Below are positions 11,053 through 21,625 of a stretch of DNA of 64,000 nt, in pieces. Position 1 is the first letter of the stretch. The number at the start of each line of letters is the position of its first letter. The stretch covers positions 1-64,000 of the forward strand of contig JBMFSH010000013.1 in NCBI GenBank assembly GCA_049967655.1, given 5' to 3'. This DNA comes from Acidobacteriota bacterium (GTDB lineage Bacteria; Acidobacteriota; UBA4820; DSQY01). The notes under the pieces are model-generated. The model saw nothing but the letters and a program-made list of their open reading frames with translations, did no database searches and had not been told where the DNA came from. The position numbers were made by a program, and so were the translations under genes.

Positions 11053-12143
11053 GTCTCCCTCCCGAGACGGAGCAGGAGCTCCGCGATGTCGCCCGCCGCG
11101 TTCGGCCTCGCCAGGGTCACCAGCGCTTGCACCATCCTCCTGCGGACGTCCGGATCGGCCAGGGTGATAAGGGAGGTCATGAGGGAGGCGGAATCCAGAT
11201 CCTGCTGGAGGACGCACAAAGCCCCGCCCATCCTTTCGAGCCCCTGGGCGTTCATGGCCTGGTGGTCTCCGGCCGCTTGCGGGAAGGGGATCAGCAAGGC
11301 GGGGCGGCCCACCATGGCCAGTTCGGCGAGGGTGGTGGCGCCGGCCCTGCACGCCACGGCGTGGCACCAGGCGTACTCCTTCTCCATCTCGAAGAGGAAG
11401 GGCTCCACCCGGGCGGAAAGGCCGGAACGCTCGTACGCGCCGCGCACCTCCGCCAGCTCCTCAGCGCCGGTCTGGTGGACGATCTCGATGCCGCCGGGAA
11501 AGGATTTGAGCTCCGGCAGGAGCTGGACCATGGCGGCGTTGATGGCGTGCGCTCCGCGGCTCCCTCCGAAGACGAGCAGACGGAAGGGCCGCGCGGGCGG
11601 TCTCTCGGCTCCCACTTCGGCCAACTGCGCCCGGACCGGATTACCCAGGAACAGGCCCTTGCCCCCGAAGGAGGCGAGCGTCTGCGGGAAGGCGGTCACG
11701 ACGCGCGCCGCCAGGTGGCCCAGGAGGCGGTTGGCCATGCCCGGACTCACGTTTTGTTCGAGCAGCACCAGCGGAACGCCCGTCAGCCCCGCGGCTAGAG
11801 ACGTGGGAAGTGAGGCGTAGCCCCCGACGCCCAGCACCACGTCGGGGCGGAAGCGCAGGAGGGTCCAGAGGCTGGAGGCCAGGGCGAAGGGGAGGACCAG
11901 CAGGGCGCGAAGCCGCCGGAGGAGGTTAACGCCGGCGAAGCCGTAGACCGCCAGTCCCTTGAAGGAGAAGCCATACCGCGGCGCAAGCGAGGCCTCGATC
12001 CCATAGCGGCCTCCCACGAAGAGGATCTTCGAGGCCGGGGCCTCCTTGAGCACCGCCTGGGCAGCCGCCAGGCCCGGGAAGAAGTGCCCTCCCGTCCCGC
12101 CTCCCGCCACGATCATCCTGAACTCTCCCTTCTCCCGCATCAA
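11049..12143 (-). CDS. murG: Lipid II GlcNAc transferase MurG (start may be 12116)
   Basis: AGGGTGGHFFPG, LLEQN, GNPVR, GGSRGA, RAGATT. Confidence 0.95.
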   Translation of the reverse strand: MMREKGEFRMIVAGGGTGGHFFPGLAAAQAVLKEAPASKILFVGGRYGIEASLAPRYGFSFKGLAVYGFAGVNLLRRLRALLVLPFALASSLWTLLRFRPDVVLGVGGYASLPTSLAAGLTGVPLVLLEQNVSPGMANRLLGHLAARVVTAFPQTLASFGGKGLFLGNPVRAQLAEVGAERPPARPFRLLVFGGSRGAHAINAAMVQLLPELKSFPGGIEIVHQTGAEELAEVRGAYERSGLSARVEPFLFEMEKEYAWCHAVACRAGATTLAELAMVGRPALLIPFPQAAGDHQAMNAQGLERMGGALCVLQQDLDSASLMTSLITLADPDVRRRMVQALVTLARPNAAGDIAELLLRLGRET

Positions 12144-12194
12144 ACGCCGTCCGCCCTTCCCACTCCCGGCCCCATGGGCCCGGTGCCCGACGAG

Positions 12195-13283
12195 CTACTC
12201 GTACTGGCTCACGTTCAGAAGAATCCCGACGCCCGCCATGGTCACCACCAGGTTCGAACCCCCGTAGCTCAGGAGCGGTAACGGGAGTCCCTTGGTGGGC
12301 AGGAGGGTTAGAGTCACCATCATGTGGATGATCGCCTGGAGCACCACCCAAGCCACGATACCCATGGCTAGGAAGGCTCCGAAGGTGTCGGGGGCCGAGC
12401 GCATGGCCCTGAGTCCCCGGTAGCCGAAGAAGAGGAAGCCAAGGAGCACCGCCACGCTGCCGAGAAAGCCCAGCTCCTCGCCGATCATGGAGTAGATGAA
12501 ATCGGTGTGGGGCTCGGGTAGAAAGAGCAGCTTCTGGCTGCTGCCTCCCACCCACTTCCCAATCAGGCCTCCACTGCCCGCGGCGATGAGGGACTGCTGG
12601 GCCTGAAATCCCGCGTGCTGGGGATCGGAGCCAGGATTCATGAAGGTCATGAGCCTCTGCACGCGGTAGGGGCTCGAGAGGGCGAGGACCAGAAAGGCCA
12701 GGAGACCCACGGCGCCCATCGCGCCGAGCCATTTCCAGGGGAGTCCGGCGATGAGCAACACGGAGCCCAGGATGACGCCGAGCACCACCACGGTGCCCAG
12801 GTCGGGCTGGATGAGGATGAGAGCGGCGGCAAAGCCGAAGTAGAGGCCCAGGGGCAGCAGGACCTGGCCCCACTCCTTTCCCTCCCGGACGCGCTTCTCC
12901 AGCATGTAGGCGACGAACAGAACCATGACGAGCTTGGCGGTCTCTGAAGGTTGGATGGTGATGGAGCCGACCTTGATCCAGCGGTGGGAGCCGTTGATGG
13001 CCGGGCTCACCAGGGCGAGAAGGAGCATCAGGATCTCCAGGGCGAGGAGGGAGAGAATGACCTTGCGCTCCTTCCAGAAGGTGTAGGGCACCCGCAGCAT
13101 GGCGAGCATGGCCACCAGGGCGATGGCCGCCCAGATGCACTCCCGGTAGAAGAAGTAGTTCGGGTTCCCCTTCCGCGTGAGGGCCAACACGGCCGAGCTT
13201 GAATAAATCATCACGAGGCCCATGGCGAGGAGCCCGAGGGTGATGACCAGCAGCGATCGGTCGAAGCGCAGGAGGCGGCTCAT
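12195..13283 (-). CDS. ftsW: Peptidoglycan glycosyltransferase FtsW
   Basis: RWI..IQPSE.AK, QPDLGT, LPEPHTDFI, GEELG, PTKGLPLPLLSYGGS. Confidence 0.96.
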   Translation of the reverse strand: MSRLLRFDRSLLVITLGLLAMGLVMIYSSSAVLALTRKGNPNYFFYRECIWAAIALVAMLAMLRVPYTFWKERKVILSLLALEILMLLLALVSPAINGSHRWIKVGSITIQPSETAKLVMVLFVAYMLEKRVREGKEWGQVLLPLGLYFGFAAALILIQPDLGTVVVLGVILGSVLLIAGLPWKWLGAMGAVGLLAFLVLALSSPYRVQRLMTFMNPGSDPQHAGFQAQQSLIAAGSGGLIGKWVGGSSQKLLFLPEPHTDFIYSMIGEELGFLGSVAVLLGFLFFGYRGLRAMRSAPDTFGAFLAMGIVAWVVLQAIIHMMVTLTLLPTKGLPLPLLSYGGSNLVVTMAGVGILLNVSQYE

Positions 13284-14620
13284 GGCGTCATGGCCTCCCG
13301 GACCCAGGCCGTGAACTGTTCCCCCCTGTCTTCGAAGTTGCGGAACTCGTCGAAGGAGGCGCAGGCCGGAGAGAGCACCACGCTATCTCCCGGCGAGGCC
13401 ATGGCCAGGGCTGCGGTCGTGGCCTCGCGAAGGGTGGCGTAGCTCTCCACGGGCAACGCCCCCCTGAAGGCCTGAACCACCTTGTCGCGCGCGGCGCCGA
13501 AGGCGATTACGGCCCGGCAGCACCTCCGCGCCTCAGGAACCAGGCTCGCCCAGTCGGCCCCCTTGTCCTTCCCGCCGAGCAGGAGGATCACGCCCGAGCG
13601 GAAGGCCGTGAGGGCCTTGAGCACGGCGTCCGTGTTGGTGGCCTTGGAGTCGTTGAAGACCGCGGCTCCGTGCACCTCCCCGACCCGTTCGAGCCGGTGG
13701 GGCAGCCCCCTGAACCGGCTGAGGGGCTCGGCGAGCGCCCCCTCCGGAACGCCGGCGCAGCGCGCCGCGAGGCAGGCCGCCAGGGCGTTTTCCAGGTTGT
13801 GCACGCCGGGGAGCGGCAGATCCTTCAAGCGGAAGAGAAGCTCTTGGCCCCCGCTTCGGCGCCAGAGGGCCTGGCCCTCCCGGACGAAGGCGCCCTCGGG
13901 CAGTTCGCCGACGGTGGCGAAGGGCACGTGTATGGAGGAGGTAGCGGCGCCGAAGGCGGCCACGGCCGGATCCGTGGTGGAATAGACCGCAAAGTCCGAT
14001 GGGCCCTGGTTCTGGAAGATCCGGCCCTTGGCGGCCTGGTAGTCCTCGAATCGGGCGTACCGGTCCTGGTGGTCCGGCGTGATGTTGAGGAGGATGGCCA
14101 CGTCCGCCTTGAAGCGCTCCAGGCTTTCGAGCTGGAAGGAGGAGACCTCGAGCACGAACCAGGTCTTCTCGGTGGAGCCATCCACCATCTCGCAGAAGGC
14201 CCGCCCGAGGTTCCCGCCCGTTCGCACGTCGGAGAAATGGGCACCCAGCAGCTTGCCGAGGAGCGTGGTGGTGGTGCTCTTCCCATTGGACCCTGTGACG
14301 GCGGCGATGCGGCCCTTGGCGTGGCGGAAGCCCCACTCGATTTCGCCGATGACGGGGATGCCCCTCTCCAGCGCGGAACGCACCAGCGCCGAGCGGCGGG
14401 GAACGCCCGGCGAGAGGATCAGGCACTCCATCCCCTCCAGGAGCCCGGGTGACTCGCTGCCTCCGTAGAAGACCAGCCCCATCTCCAGAAGCTTCGAGAG
14501 GTCGAGGGCGAGGTCCGCGGTGGTCCGCTGGTCGCACGCGGAGACCTGGTGCCCTTGGCGCAGAGCCAGGTGCGCCGCCCAATAGCCCGAAGTCCCCATG
14601 CCCGCCACGAGAATTCGCAT
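13280..14620 (-). CDS. murD: UDP-N-acetylmuramoyl-L-alanine--D-glutamate ligase
   Basis: MRILVAGMGTSG, TGSNGKSTTT, LEVSSFQLE, NDSKATN, SPACASFDEF. Confidence 0.96.
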   Translation of the reverse strand: MRILVAGMGTSGYWAAHLALRQGHQVSACDQRTTADLALDLSKLLEMGLVFYGGSESPGLLEGMECLILSPGVPRRSALVRSALERGIPVIGEIEWGFRHAKGRIAAVTGSNGKSTTTTLLGKLLGAHFSDVRTGGNLGRAFCEMVDGSTEKTWFVLEVSSFQLESLERFKADVAILLNITPDHQDRYARFEDYQAAKGRIFQNQGPSDFAVYSTTDPAVAAFGAATSSIHVPFATVGELPEGAFVREGQALWRRSGGQELLFRLKDLPLPGVHNLENALAACLAARCAGVPEGALAEPLSRFRGLPHRLERVGEVHGAAVFNDSKATNTDAVLKALTAFRSGVILLLGGKDKGADWASLVPEARRCCRAVIAFGAARDKVVQAFRGALPVESYATLREATTAALAMASPGDSVVLSPACASFDEFRNFEDRGEQFTAWVREAMTP

Positions 14621-14625
14621 CGCCC

Positions 14626-15711
14626 TCACCGTATCTTCAGCGTGGCCAACCCCATCAGTGCGAACAGGATGGCCACGATCCAGAACCGAACGACGACCTG
14701 GGTCTCCGCCCACCCGCCCAGCTCGAAGTGGTGATGCAGGGGCGCGCAGCGAAAAATCCTCTTCTTGCGCGATTTGTAGGAGGCTACCTGGAGGATCACG
14801 GAGATGGCCTCCAAGACGAAGAGCCCTCCGACCACCACGAGGAGGAGCTCCTCCTTGATGATGAGGGCCAGGGTGCCGATGGCCGCCCCGATGGCCAGGG
14901 AGCCCACGTCGCCCATGAAGACCTGAGCGGGATGGGCGTTGAACCAGAGAAAGCCCAGGCTCGCACCCACCAGCGAGGCGGCGAAGACCGTCAGCTCGCC
15001 CGTGTCCTTCACGTAAGGGATGCCGAGGTACCCGGCGATGACCGTGTTGCCCGCCGCGTAGGTGAGGATGGCGTAGGTGGAAGCGGCGATCAGCGTGGAG
15101 CCGATGGCCAGCCCGTCCAGGCCGTCGGTGAGGTTGACGGCGTTGGAGGCCCCCACGATCACGACCACGGCGAAGGGGATGAACCACAGGCCCAGCTGGG
15201 GATGAAGTTCCTTGAAGAAGGGCACCGTCAAAGAGGTGTCGTATAGGCCCGTGGCCTGATACCGGTACAGGAAGAGGGCCACGGCCGCCGCGGCGGCGAT
15301 CTGCAGCATGAACTTCTGCTTGGCGGAGAGGCCCAGGTTTTGGCGCCGCTTCATCTTGAGGAAGTCGTCGGCGAAGCCGATGCCGCCGAAGGCCAGAGTG
15401 GAGAAGAGGAGAGGCCAGAAGAGGGGCGTGTCCAGCCGGATGCAGAGGAGGCTCGAGCACGTGAGGGCGGTGAGGATCAGGAGTCCGCCCATGGTGGGGG
15501 TACCGGCCTTTACCTGGTGGCCCTTGGGTCCCTCCTCCCGGATATACTGCCGCAGGTTCAGCCGCTGGAGGGCGCGGATGAGCATGGGGCCGAAGAGCAG
15601 AGAGATCCCGAGAGCGATGAGAATGGCGAGCGCTCCGCGGAAGGTGATGTAGCGGAAGAGGCGTAGGGCGCCGAGGTGGTCGCGCAGCGAATAAAGAAGC
15701 GCGTAAAGCAT
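14626..15711 (-). CDS. mraY: Phospho-N-acetylmuramoyl-pentapeptide transferase
   Basis: KAGTPTMGG, NAVNLTDGLDGL, FMGDVGSL, APLHHHFE. Confidence 0.97.
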   Translation of the reverse strand: MLYALLYSLRDHLGALRLFRYITFRGALAILIALGISLLFGPMLIRALQRLNLRQYIREEGPKGHQVKAGTPTMGGLLILTALTCSSLLCIRLDTPLFWPLLFSTLAFGGIGFADDFLKMKRRQNLGLSAKQKFMLQIAAAAAVALFLYRYQATGLYDTSLTVPFFKELHPQLGLWFIPFAVVVIVGASNAVNLTDGLDGLAIGSTLIAASTYAILTYAAGNTVIAGYLGIPYVKDTGELTVFAASLVGASLGFLWFNAHPAQVFMGDVGSLAIGAAIGTLALIIKEELLLVVVGGLFVLEAISVILQVASYKSRKKRIFRCAPLHHHFELGGWAETQVVVRFWIVAILFALMGLATLKIR

Positions 15712-17093
15712 CAGGCCTCCCCCCTTCGGCCTGAGAGCCAGGCAACCAACCCGTCCAGTCCGATGCCCCTCGATCCCTTCACCAGGACCCCGTCTCCCGC
15801 CCGGATCTGCCCGTCCAGCCACTCGGCCCCATCCTGCCAGCTCTCCACGTGAAGGCAGGGGCGCCCGCTCGCCGCAAAGGCCTCGGCCATGGCCTCGGCC
15901 TCCTTCCCCCCAACGGCTAGCAGGCAGGCCACCCCCAGATCGGCGGCCCGTGCGCCGACGAGGCGGTGGTGCTCGATGGATTGCACTCCTAGTTCGAGCA
16001 TGGACCCCAATGCCCCGACGACCCGACGCCCCCAGCCCGCGGAGGTCTGGAGTGCCAGCACCACCGCCGCCGGGTTGGCGTTGTAGGAGTCGTCGAAGAG
16101 GAGCACCTGGTCGCGCAGCTGGCGGGCCTGGCCGCGGTGGGGGGCAGCCTTCAGCGAGGCGGCCGCGGCCGCGCATTCCTCGAGGGAAAGCCCGTAGTGG
16201 CGCCCCGCCCTGCAGGCGCCCGCGAAGTTGATGAGGTTGTGGAGGCCGGGCACGGGAAGGAATCCTTCCGCGCTGCCTCGGGAGTCGTGGAGGCGGAAGG
16301 GCGTCCCCTCCGGGCCCGCGCTTCCGGCCGCCTCGATCCAGAGTTCGGCACCGGGCTGTGTGCCGTAGGTGAGGCGGCCCAATTCCTCCGGAATGGCCAT
16401 CTGCGCGAGCAGCGGGTCCGAGGCGTTGACGATGGCGAACCCCCGGGGGTCGGTCCTGCGGAGGACCTTGGCCTTCTCGTCGCGGATCGCCTCGAGGGAG
16501 GGGAAGAACTCCGTGTGTACGGGCTGGATGTTCGTGAAGAGAACGCCCGTGGGAGCGCCCAACGGAGCCAGCGCATCCATCTCCGATGGGTGGCTGATGC
16601 CCATCTCGAGCACCCAAAACCGGGCCTGCATGTCCGCCGCCATGAGCGTTTCGGGGAGGCCCAGCAGGTTGTTCCGATTGCCAGCCGTGGCCGACACCAC
16701 GCCGAGCCGGCCCAGCACGGCGGCCGAGAAATCCTTCGTCGTGGTCTTCCCGCAGGAGCCGACGATGCCGAGCACCTCGCCACGGAACTCGGAGCGGATC
16801 TTGATCGCGAGCGCCTCCAAGGCCCTCTCTACGGAGCGCACGATGAGCAGGCCCGCGTCCTCGGGCAGTTCCACCTCCCGCTCGGCAAGGACGGCGGCCG
16901 CACCCGACCGGATCGCCGCGGCGGCGAAGTCGTGGCCGTCCACGCGCTGGCCCCTCAAGGCGGCGAAGAGGGAAGCGGGGGAGGCGCGCCGGGAGTCCAG
17001 ACACAGGCCGCGAACGGGGTCCTGCCCGGGCCGAACTACCCGCCCTCCGGTGATGCCGGCGATCTCCTCGAGGGTGAAGCTCCTCACCGCCAT
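15711..17093 (-). CDS. murF: UDP-MurNAc-tripeptide--D-Ala-D-Ala ligase
   Basis: DSR, GSCGKTTTK, DDSYNANP, MLELG, LVKGSRG. Confidence 0.95.
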   Translation of the reverse strand: MAVRSFTLEEIAGITGGRVVRPGQDPVRGLCLDSRRASPASLFAALRGQRVDGHDFAAAAIRSGAAAVLAEREVELPEDAGLLIVRSVERALEALAIKIRSEFRGEVLGIVGSCGKTTTKDFSAAVLGRLGVVSATAGNRNNLLGLPETLMAADMQARFWVLEMGISHPSEMDALAPLGAPTGVLFTNIQPVHTEFFPSLEAIRDEKAKVLRRTDPRGFAIVNASDPLLAQMAIPEELGRLTYGTQPGAELWIEAAGSAGPEGTPFRLHDSRGSAEGFLPVPGLHNLINFAGACRAGRHYGLSLEECAAAAASLKAAPHRGQARQLRDQVLLFDDSYNANPAAVVLALQTSAGWGRRVVGALGSMLELGVQSIEHHRLVGARAADLGVACLLAVGGKEAEAMAEAFAASGRPCLHVESWQDGAEWLDGQIRAGDGVLVKGSRGIGLDGLVAWLSGRRGEA

Positions 17094-18577
17094 CCCATCT
17101 CCTGCAAGAGTTCATACAGGACCGTGGGGTCGTGAAAGGGGAGCCTGCGCTCCCCGATGATCTGCTCCCGCTCGTGGCCCTTTCCCGCCACCACCACGAC
17201 GTCACCGGGGCCGGCTTCCGCGAGCGCTTCGCGCATGGCTTGGCGGCGATCCAGCACGGTGCGGACCGACTTGCCCGGCCGGAGCTCGGGCCGAATGCCG
17301 GTTTCCACGTCCCTGGCGATGGCGGCCGGCTCCTCGGTTCTGGGATTGTCGGAGGTGAGAAAGAGGACGTCGCTGAGTCTCGCCGCCACCGCTCCCATGA
17401 GAGGCCTCTTGCTCCGGTCGCGGTCTCCGCCGCACCCGAAGACCGTGATGATGCGCCTGGGTTGAAGCTCCCGCAGGGTCTGGAGGAGGTTCTTCAGGGC
17501 GTCGTCCGTGTGGGCGTAATCCACAAGCAAATGAAAGGGTTGGCCCGCGTCCACCCGCTCGGTGCGGCCCGGCACTCCACGAAGGGAGGCCACTCCCTCG
17601 GAGACTTGCTCCGGCGTGGCGCCGGCGCTCAGCGCGGATGCCGCGGCCACCAGCAAATTTTGAAGGTTGTAGCCGCCGGTCAGCGCGGATCGGACCTCCA
17701 CGCGTCCGAAGGGCGTCGCCAGGGAGGCGCGAATCCCGTTCAGGTCCATCTCAAAGGATTCCGGAAAGACCTGTGCCTGCCGGTCCAGACCGACGGAGAG
17801 AGGATGCTTGTCCCTGATCTCCTCCGCAAGCCTCTGGCCGTAGGAGTCGGCCAGGTTTACGACCGCCGCTCCGTCCTTGGTGAGCAGGTCGAAGAGCGCT
17901 CGCTTGGCCTGGTAGTAGGCCTCCATGGTGTGGTGGAAGTCGAGGTGGTCCCGGGTGAGGTTGGTGAAGGCGGCCACCCGGAAGGGGACGTCCTTCACGC
18001 GCGCCAGGACCAAGGAGTGGGAGGAGACCTCCATGGCGCCGTAGGGAATGCCCCGCTCCTGGAGAAGCCGGATCCAGCGGTGGATCTCGTGAGCCTCCGG
18101 GGTCGTGCGCGCGGCGGGCCGAAGCCCCTCGCCGTCGTCGTATTCGATGGTACCTAGCATCCCGGCCCCTCCGGCCTCCCGGAAGATGCTCCTGAGCAGG
18201 TAGGCCGTGGTGGTCTTGCCGTTGGTGCCCGTGACCCCCACCAGGCGGACCACGCAGTCGGCCGTGCCGTAGAGTGCCGCCGCGGCCGCAGAAAAGGCCT
18301 CGCGGTCCCGGGGGCACACCACCCAGGTCAGATCGGGCGGGATCGGTTCCAGGGGATCTCCGTGGGCCAGGACCACCCGAGCGCCTCGCTCGTAGGCCTC
18401 TCGGGCGAAAGTGCGCCCGTCCCGCTGGAAGCCCTTCAGGGCCACGAAGAGGGTGCCGGGTGCTACTTCGCGAGAGTCGCAGGTGAGGTCGCTCAGCAGG
18501 GCGTCCACCGGGCCGGCCACGCTGGAATGGGGGACCGCGGCCAGGAGGTCGGCGAGGCGCATGGAGGGGGGCCTCAT
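17084..18577 (-). CDS. murE: UDP-MurNAc-dipeptide--diaminopimelate ligase
   Basis: GVTGTNGKTT, MEVSSH, DHLDFH, DYAHT, the DAP-specific DNPR motif, AGKGHE. Confidence 0.96.
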   Translation of the reverse strand: MRPPSMRLADLLAAVPHSSVAGPVDALLSDLTCDSREVAPGTLFVALKGFQRDGRTFAREAYERGARVVLAHGDPLEPIPPDLTWVVCPRDREAFSAAAAALYGTADCVVRLVGVTGTNGKTTTAYLLRSIFREAGGAGMLGTIEYDDGEGLRPAARTTPEAHEIHRWIRLLQERGIPYGAMEVSSHSLVLARVKDVPFRVAAFTNLTRDHLDFHHTMEAYYQAKRALFDLLTKDGAAVVNLADSYGQRLAEEIRDKHPLSVGLDRQAQVFPESFEMDLNGIRASLATPFGRVEVRSALTGGYNLQNLLVAAASALSAGATPEQVSEGVASLRGVPGRTERVDAGQPFHLLVDYAHTDDALKNLLQTLRELQPRRIITVFGCGGDRDRSKRPLMGAVAARLSDVLFLTSDNPRTEEPAAIARDVETGIRPELRPGKSVRTVLDRRQAMREALAEAGPGDVVVVAGKGHEREQIIGERRLPFHDPTVLYELLQEMGWR

Positions 18578-20271
18578 GGGGCACCCTCCATCTGGGCCAA
18601 CTCCACGCTGGGTCGGGGCGCCGGGTAGCTGAGGCGCCTGAGCGTGTAGGCCATGATCTGCGAGAAGGCCGGAGCGGAGACGGAACCCCCGTATATCTTC
18701 CCCACGGGTTCATCCACCATCACGAGCACCACCGCCTTGGGGTTTTCCGCGGGGGCGAACCCAACGAAGTAGGCGATGAAGAGCTTTCTGCCATCAGGGC
18801 TGCGGATGCCGAGCTTCTGCGCGGTCCCCGTCTTGCCCGCCACCGTCACCCCGGGGATGGCGGCCGCCTTGCCCGTGCCCGCGGTCACCACGTCGGTGAG
18901 CATGCCGGTCAAAACCCGGGCCGTTTCGGGCTTCAGGATGCGCTGGAAGGGGGCCTGAGGCGCATCGGCCAGGATGCGCGGGACCACCTTGTAGCCGCCA
19001 GAAGCCACGTCGGCGTAGGCCAGGGCGAGCTGGAGCGGCGTAACGCGGAGCTCCTGCCCGAAGGAGAGAGAGGGGAGCGACAGGAGCGACCACTGGCTGG
19101 GAGGGCGAAGGAGCCCCGGCACCTCCCCGTCCAGGCCCAGGGGCGTCACGGACCCGAAGCCGAAGAGGCGCATGTAGTGGTACATGGTCTCTGCCCCCAC
19201 GGCCATCCCGATCTTCGCCGCGCCGACGTTGGAGGAATGGGCCAGAACCTCCTCCAGCGAGTAGACCGGCTTGACGGGATGTTCGTCGTCGTGGATGGTC
19301 TTTGGCCCCACGGTGAGGGTTCCGTTGCCGACGACCACCGTGTCGTCGGGGCGGAAGCGGCCGGAATCGAGGGCGGCCGACAGGGTGACGATCTTGAAGG
19401 TGCTCCCCGGCTCGTAGGAGTCGGTCACGGCCCGATTCCGCCAGTCCGCCGGCGGGGACTCCCCGGGGGCGTTGGGGTCGAAGGTGGGCGCCACGGCCAT
19501 GGCCAGAATGTCCCCCGTGTGAGGGTCCAGCACGATGACCACGCCGTCCTTGGCCTGGAGCTGGCTCACGGTCTGCTGGAGGACCTCCTGGGCTTCGTAC
19601 TGGATCGGCATGTCGATGGTGATCCGGACCGTGCGGGGAGGAGGATCCACGTCGGACACCGCGTTCACGGGGATCAGCGTGTTGGCCACGGCGTCGCGCA
19701 TGAACTGGAAGCGGCGCGTCCCTCCCTGCAGAACCTTGTTCCACTCGTGCTCAAGGCCCGAGAGGCCACCGTCGGTCCCCATGCACCCGATGAGGTTGCT
19801 GGCGAGATCCTGGTTGGGGTAGTACCGCCCCCACTCGTTCATGAGCGCGCAGCCCTTGTGGCTGGCGCAGAGGGCGCGGGCCTCGTCCATCTGGTCGAAG
19901 GGCAGCTTGCGCGCGATCCAGGTGAAGGTGTGCCGCCGGTCCATCTCCTTCAGAATTTGTTGCGGATCGCGTCCGCTCAAGGCCGCGGCAGACCTGGCCA
20001 GGCCGGCGGGGTCAGCGATCTTCTGGGGGTCAAAGGAGTAGAGGGACGGGCAGCGCACGCTGGCTGCCAACAGGGTGCCGTTCCTGTCCACGATGGAGGC
20101 GCGCGGAAGGTCGATCTCGATCACTTCGCGGGCCTGATTTTGGGCCACCGTCGCGTAGTAGCCTCCCCTGACCAGCTGGAGGTACGCGAGACGAACCGTG
20201 ATGGTGGCAGCCAGAAATCCGACCATGATGGAAAACCACCGGATCCTGGCCGAGAGGCTGTCCCGGCTCAT
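18574..20271 (-). CDS. ftsI: Class B penicillin-binding protein (FtsI/PBP3)
   Basis: EPGSTFK (SxxK), SSN (SxN), KTGT; N-terminal TM; dcw position. Confidence 0.93.
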   Translation of the reverse strand: MSRDSLSARIRWFSIMVGFLAATITVRLAYLQLVRGGYYATVAQNQAREVIEIDLPRASIVDRNGTLLAASVRCPSLYSFDPQKIADPAGLARSAAALSGRDPQQILKEMDRRHTFTWIARKLPFDQMDEARALCASHKGCALMNEWGRYYPNQDLASNLIGCMGTDGGLSGLEHEWNKVLQGGTRRFQFMRDAVANTLIPVNAVSDVDPPPRTVRITIDMPIQYEAQEVLQQTVSQLQAKDGVVIVLDPHTGDILAMAVAPTFDPNAPGESPPADWRNRAVTDSYEPGSTFKIVTLSAALDSGRFRPDDTVVVGNGTLTVGPKTIHDDEHPVKPVYSLEEVLAHSSNVGAAKIGMAVGAETMYHYMRLFGFGSVTPLGLDGEVPGLLRPPSQWSLLSLPSLSFGQELRVTPLQLALAYADVASGGYKVVPRILADAPQAPFQRILKPETARVLTGMLTDVVTAGTGKAAAIPGVTVAGKTGTAQKLGIRSPDGRKLFIAYFVGFAPAENPKAVVLVMVDEPVGKIYGGSVSAPAFSQIMAYTLRRLSYPAPRPSVELAQMEGAP

Positions 20272-20699
20272 CGCGCGCGGCCTCCTCGTGCGTTTCGACT
20301 CGCGGAGAGAGCGTTGAGTCCCCCGGCGTCTGGAGCCTCGGGCGACCTGCCCGTCGCGCCCGCCTGCGGAGGGGCGGGCGGGGGCTGATCCACGGAGCAT
20401 TCCTGAGGGGACTCGCTGACCATTCCGAGCTTCTCCCGGGCCACGGAGTTGATGACGTCGGGGGAGAGCAGGGCCGCCCTCTGGAGGGTCAGGATCTCGT
20501 GCTCGTGCAGCAGCTTCTTGCGGGTCTCCACGAGCCTGGACATTTCGTACTCCTTGGCCACCATGCGGGCCGAAAGGCCCACGTATACGATGAAGGGAGC
20601 GGCAGCCAAAAAGATTAAAGCGGCGATTCGGAGGAACTCTGCCAGGGAGTGCCTGTCGGGTTGCCGGATCGGCTGGTTGCGGATGATGGCCGCCGTCAT
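20268..20699 (-). CDS. ftsL: FtsL-like cell division protein
   Basis: Single TM followed by a coiled coil and ...VAREKLGM; lies between rsmH and ftsI. Confidence 0.7.
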   Translation of the reverse strand: MTAAIIRNQPIRQPDRHSLAEFLRIAALIFLAAAPFIVYVGLSARMVAKEYEMSRLVETRKKLLHEHEILTLQRAALLSPDVINSVAREKLGMVSESPQECSVDQPPPAPPQAGATGRSPEAPDAGGLNALSASRNARGGRAR

Positions 20700-21625
20700 A
20701 GGCGCTCCCCCGCGCGCAGCCGGCCGCTCCGGGAGGCCGGGTTCCTGGCCACCTCCCCTTCCGAAGGACGAAGGGCGCGGCGGTGGACCAGCCTCAGGGT
20801 GGGCTTCCGACCGCACGCGCATACGGGGAGCCGGGGCGGGCAGATGCACCCTTTGGCCAGGCTCCGGAAGGTCTCCTTGACGATGCGGTCCTCCAGGGAG
20901 TGGTAGGCCAGGATCACGATGCGGCCGCCGGAGCAGAGTAGGCCGGCGCAACGCTCGATGGCGGTGCCGAGCCCTTCCAGCTCTCTGTTGACCTGGATCC
21001 TGAGGGCCTGGAACGTGCGCGTGGCGGGATGGATCTTCCCCCTCAAGTGGGGCGGGATGGCCGCGCCGACGATTTCCGCAAGCCTCGCGGCGTCGGTGAT
21101 GGGGGCCTCCAACCGTGCGGCCGATATGGCTCTGGCGATCTTTCGGGCGTGGGGCTCCTCTCCGTATGTCCTCAGCACGCGCATGAGTTCGCCCTCCTCC
21201 GCCCCCGCCAGAAACTCTTCGGCGGACGGACCGGAGGAGGGGTCCATCCGCATGTCGAGCGCCCCACCGTCGTGAAAGCTAAAACCCCGATGAGACCGGA
21301 GTTGTAGCCCGCTCATGCCCAGATCAGCCAGAATGCCGCGCGGAGCCTCCGGAAGCTCGCGGCTCCACGCGTCCACATCCTTAAAATCGGCGTGGACGAA
21401 CCGCATCCGCGGCCCGAAGCGGGCCAGCTGTTCCCGGGCCAGAGCCAGCGCCTGGGGATCGCGGTCCACGCCCAGCACGTTTGCGGAAGGGTTGGCTTCC
21501 AGGACCGCCCGGCTGTGGCCGCCCAGTCCCAGGGTGCAGTCAACGTACCACCCTCCCTCCTCAACCCGGAGGGACTCCACCACCTCCCGGACCATCACCG
21601 GGACGTGGAGGGGTTCCGTTTCCAT
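20696..21625 (-). CDS. rsmH: 16S rRNA m4C1402 methyltransferase
   Basis: HVPVM, DCTLGLGGHS, LDMRMD, HPATRTFQALRI, HSLEDRIVK, NPASRS. Confidence 0.97.
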   Translation of the reverse strand: METEPLHVPVMVREVVESLRVEEGGWYVDCTLGLGGHSRAVLEANPSANVLGVDRDPQALALAREQLARFGPRMRFVHADFKDVDAWSRELPEAPRGILADLGMSGLQLRSHRGFSFHDGGALDMRMDPSSGPSAEEFLAGAEEGELMRVLRTYGEEPHARKIARAISAARLEAPITDAARLAEIVGAAIPPHLRGKIHPATRTFQALRIQVNRELEGLGTAIERCAGLLCSGGRIVILAYHSLEDRIVKETFRSLAKGCICPPRLPVCACGRKPTLRLVHRRALRPSEGEVARNPASRSGRLRAGERL

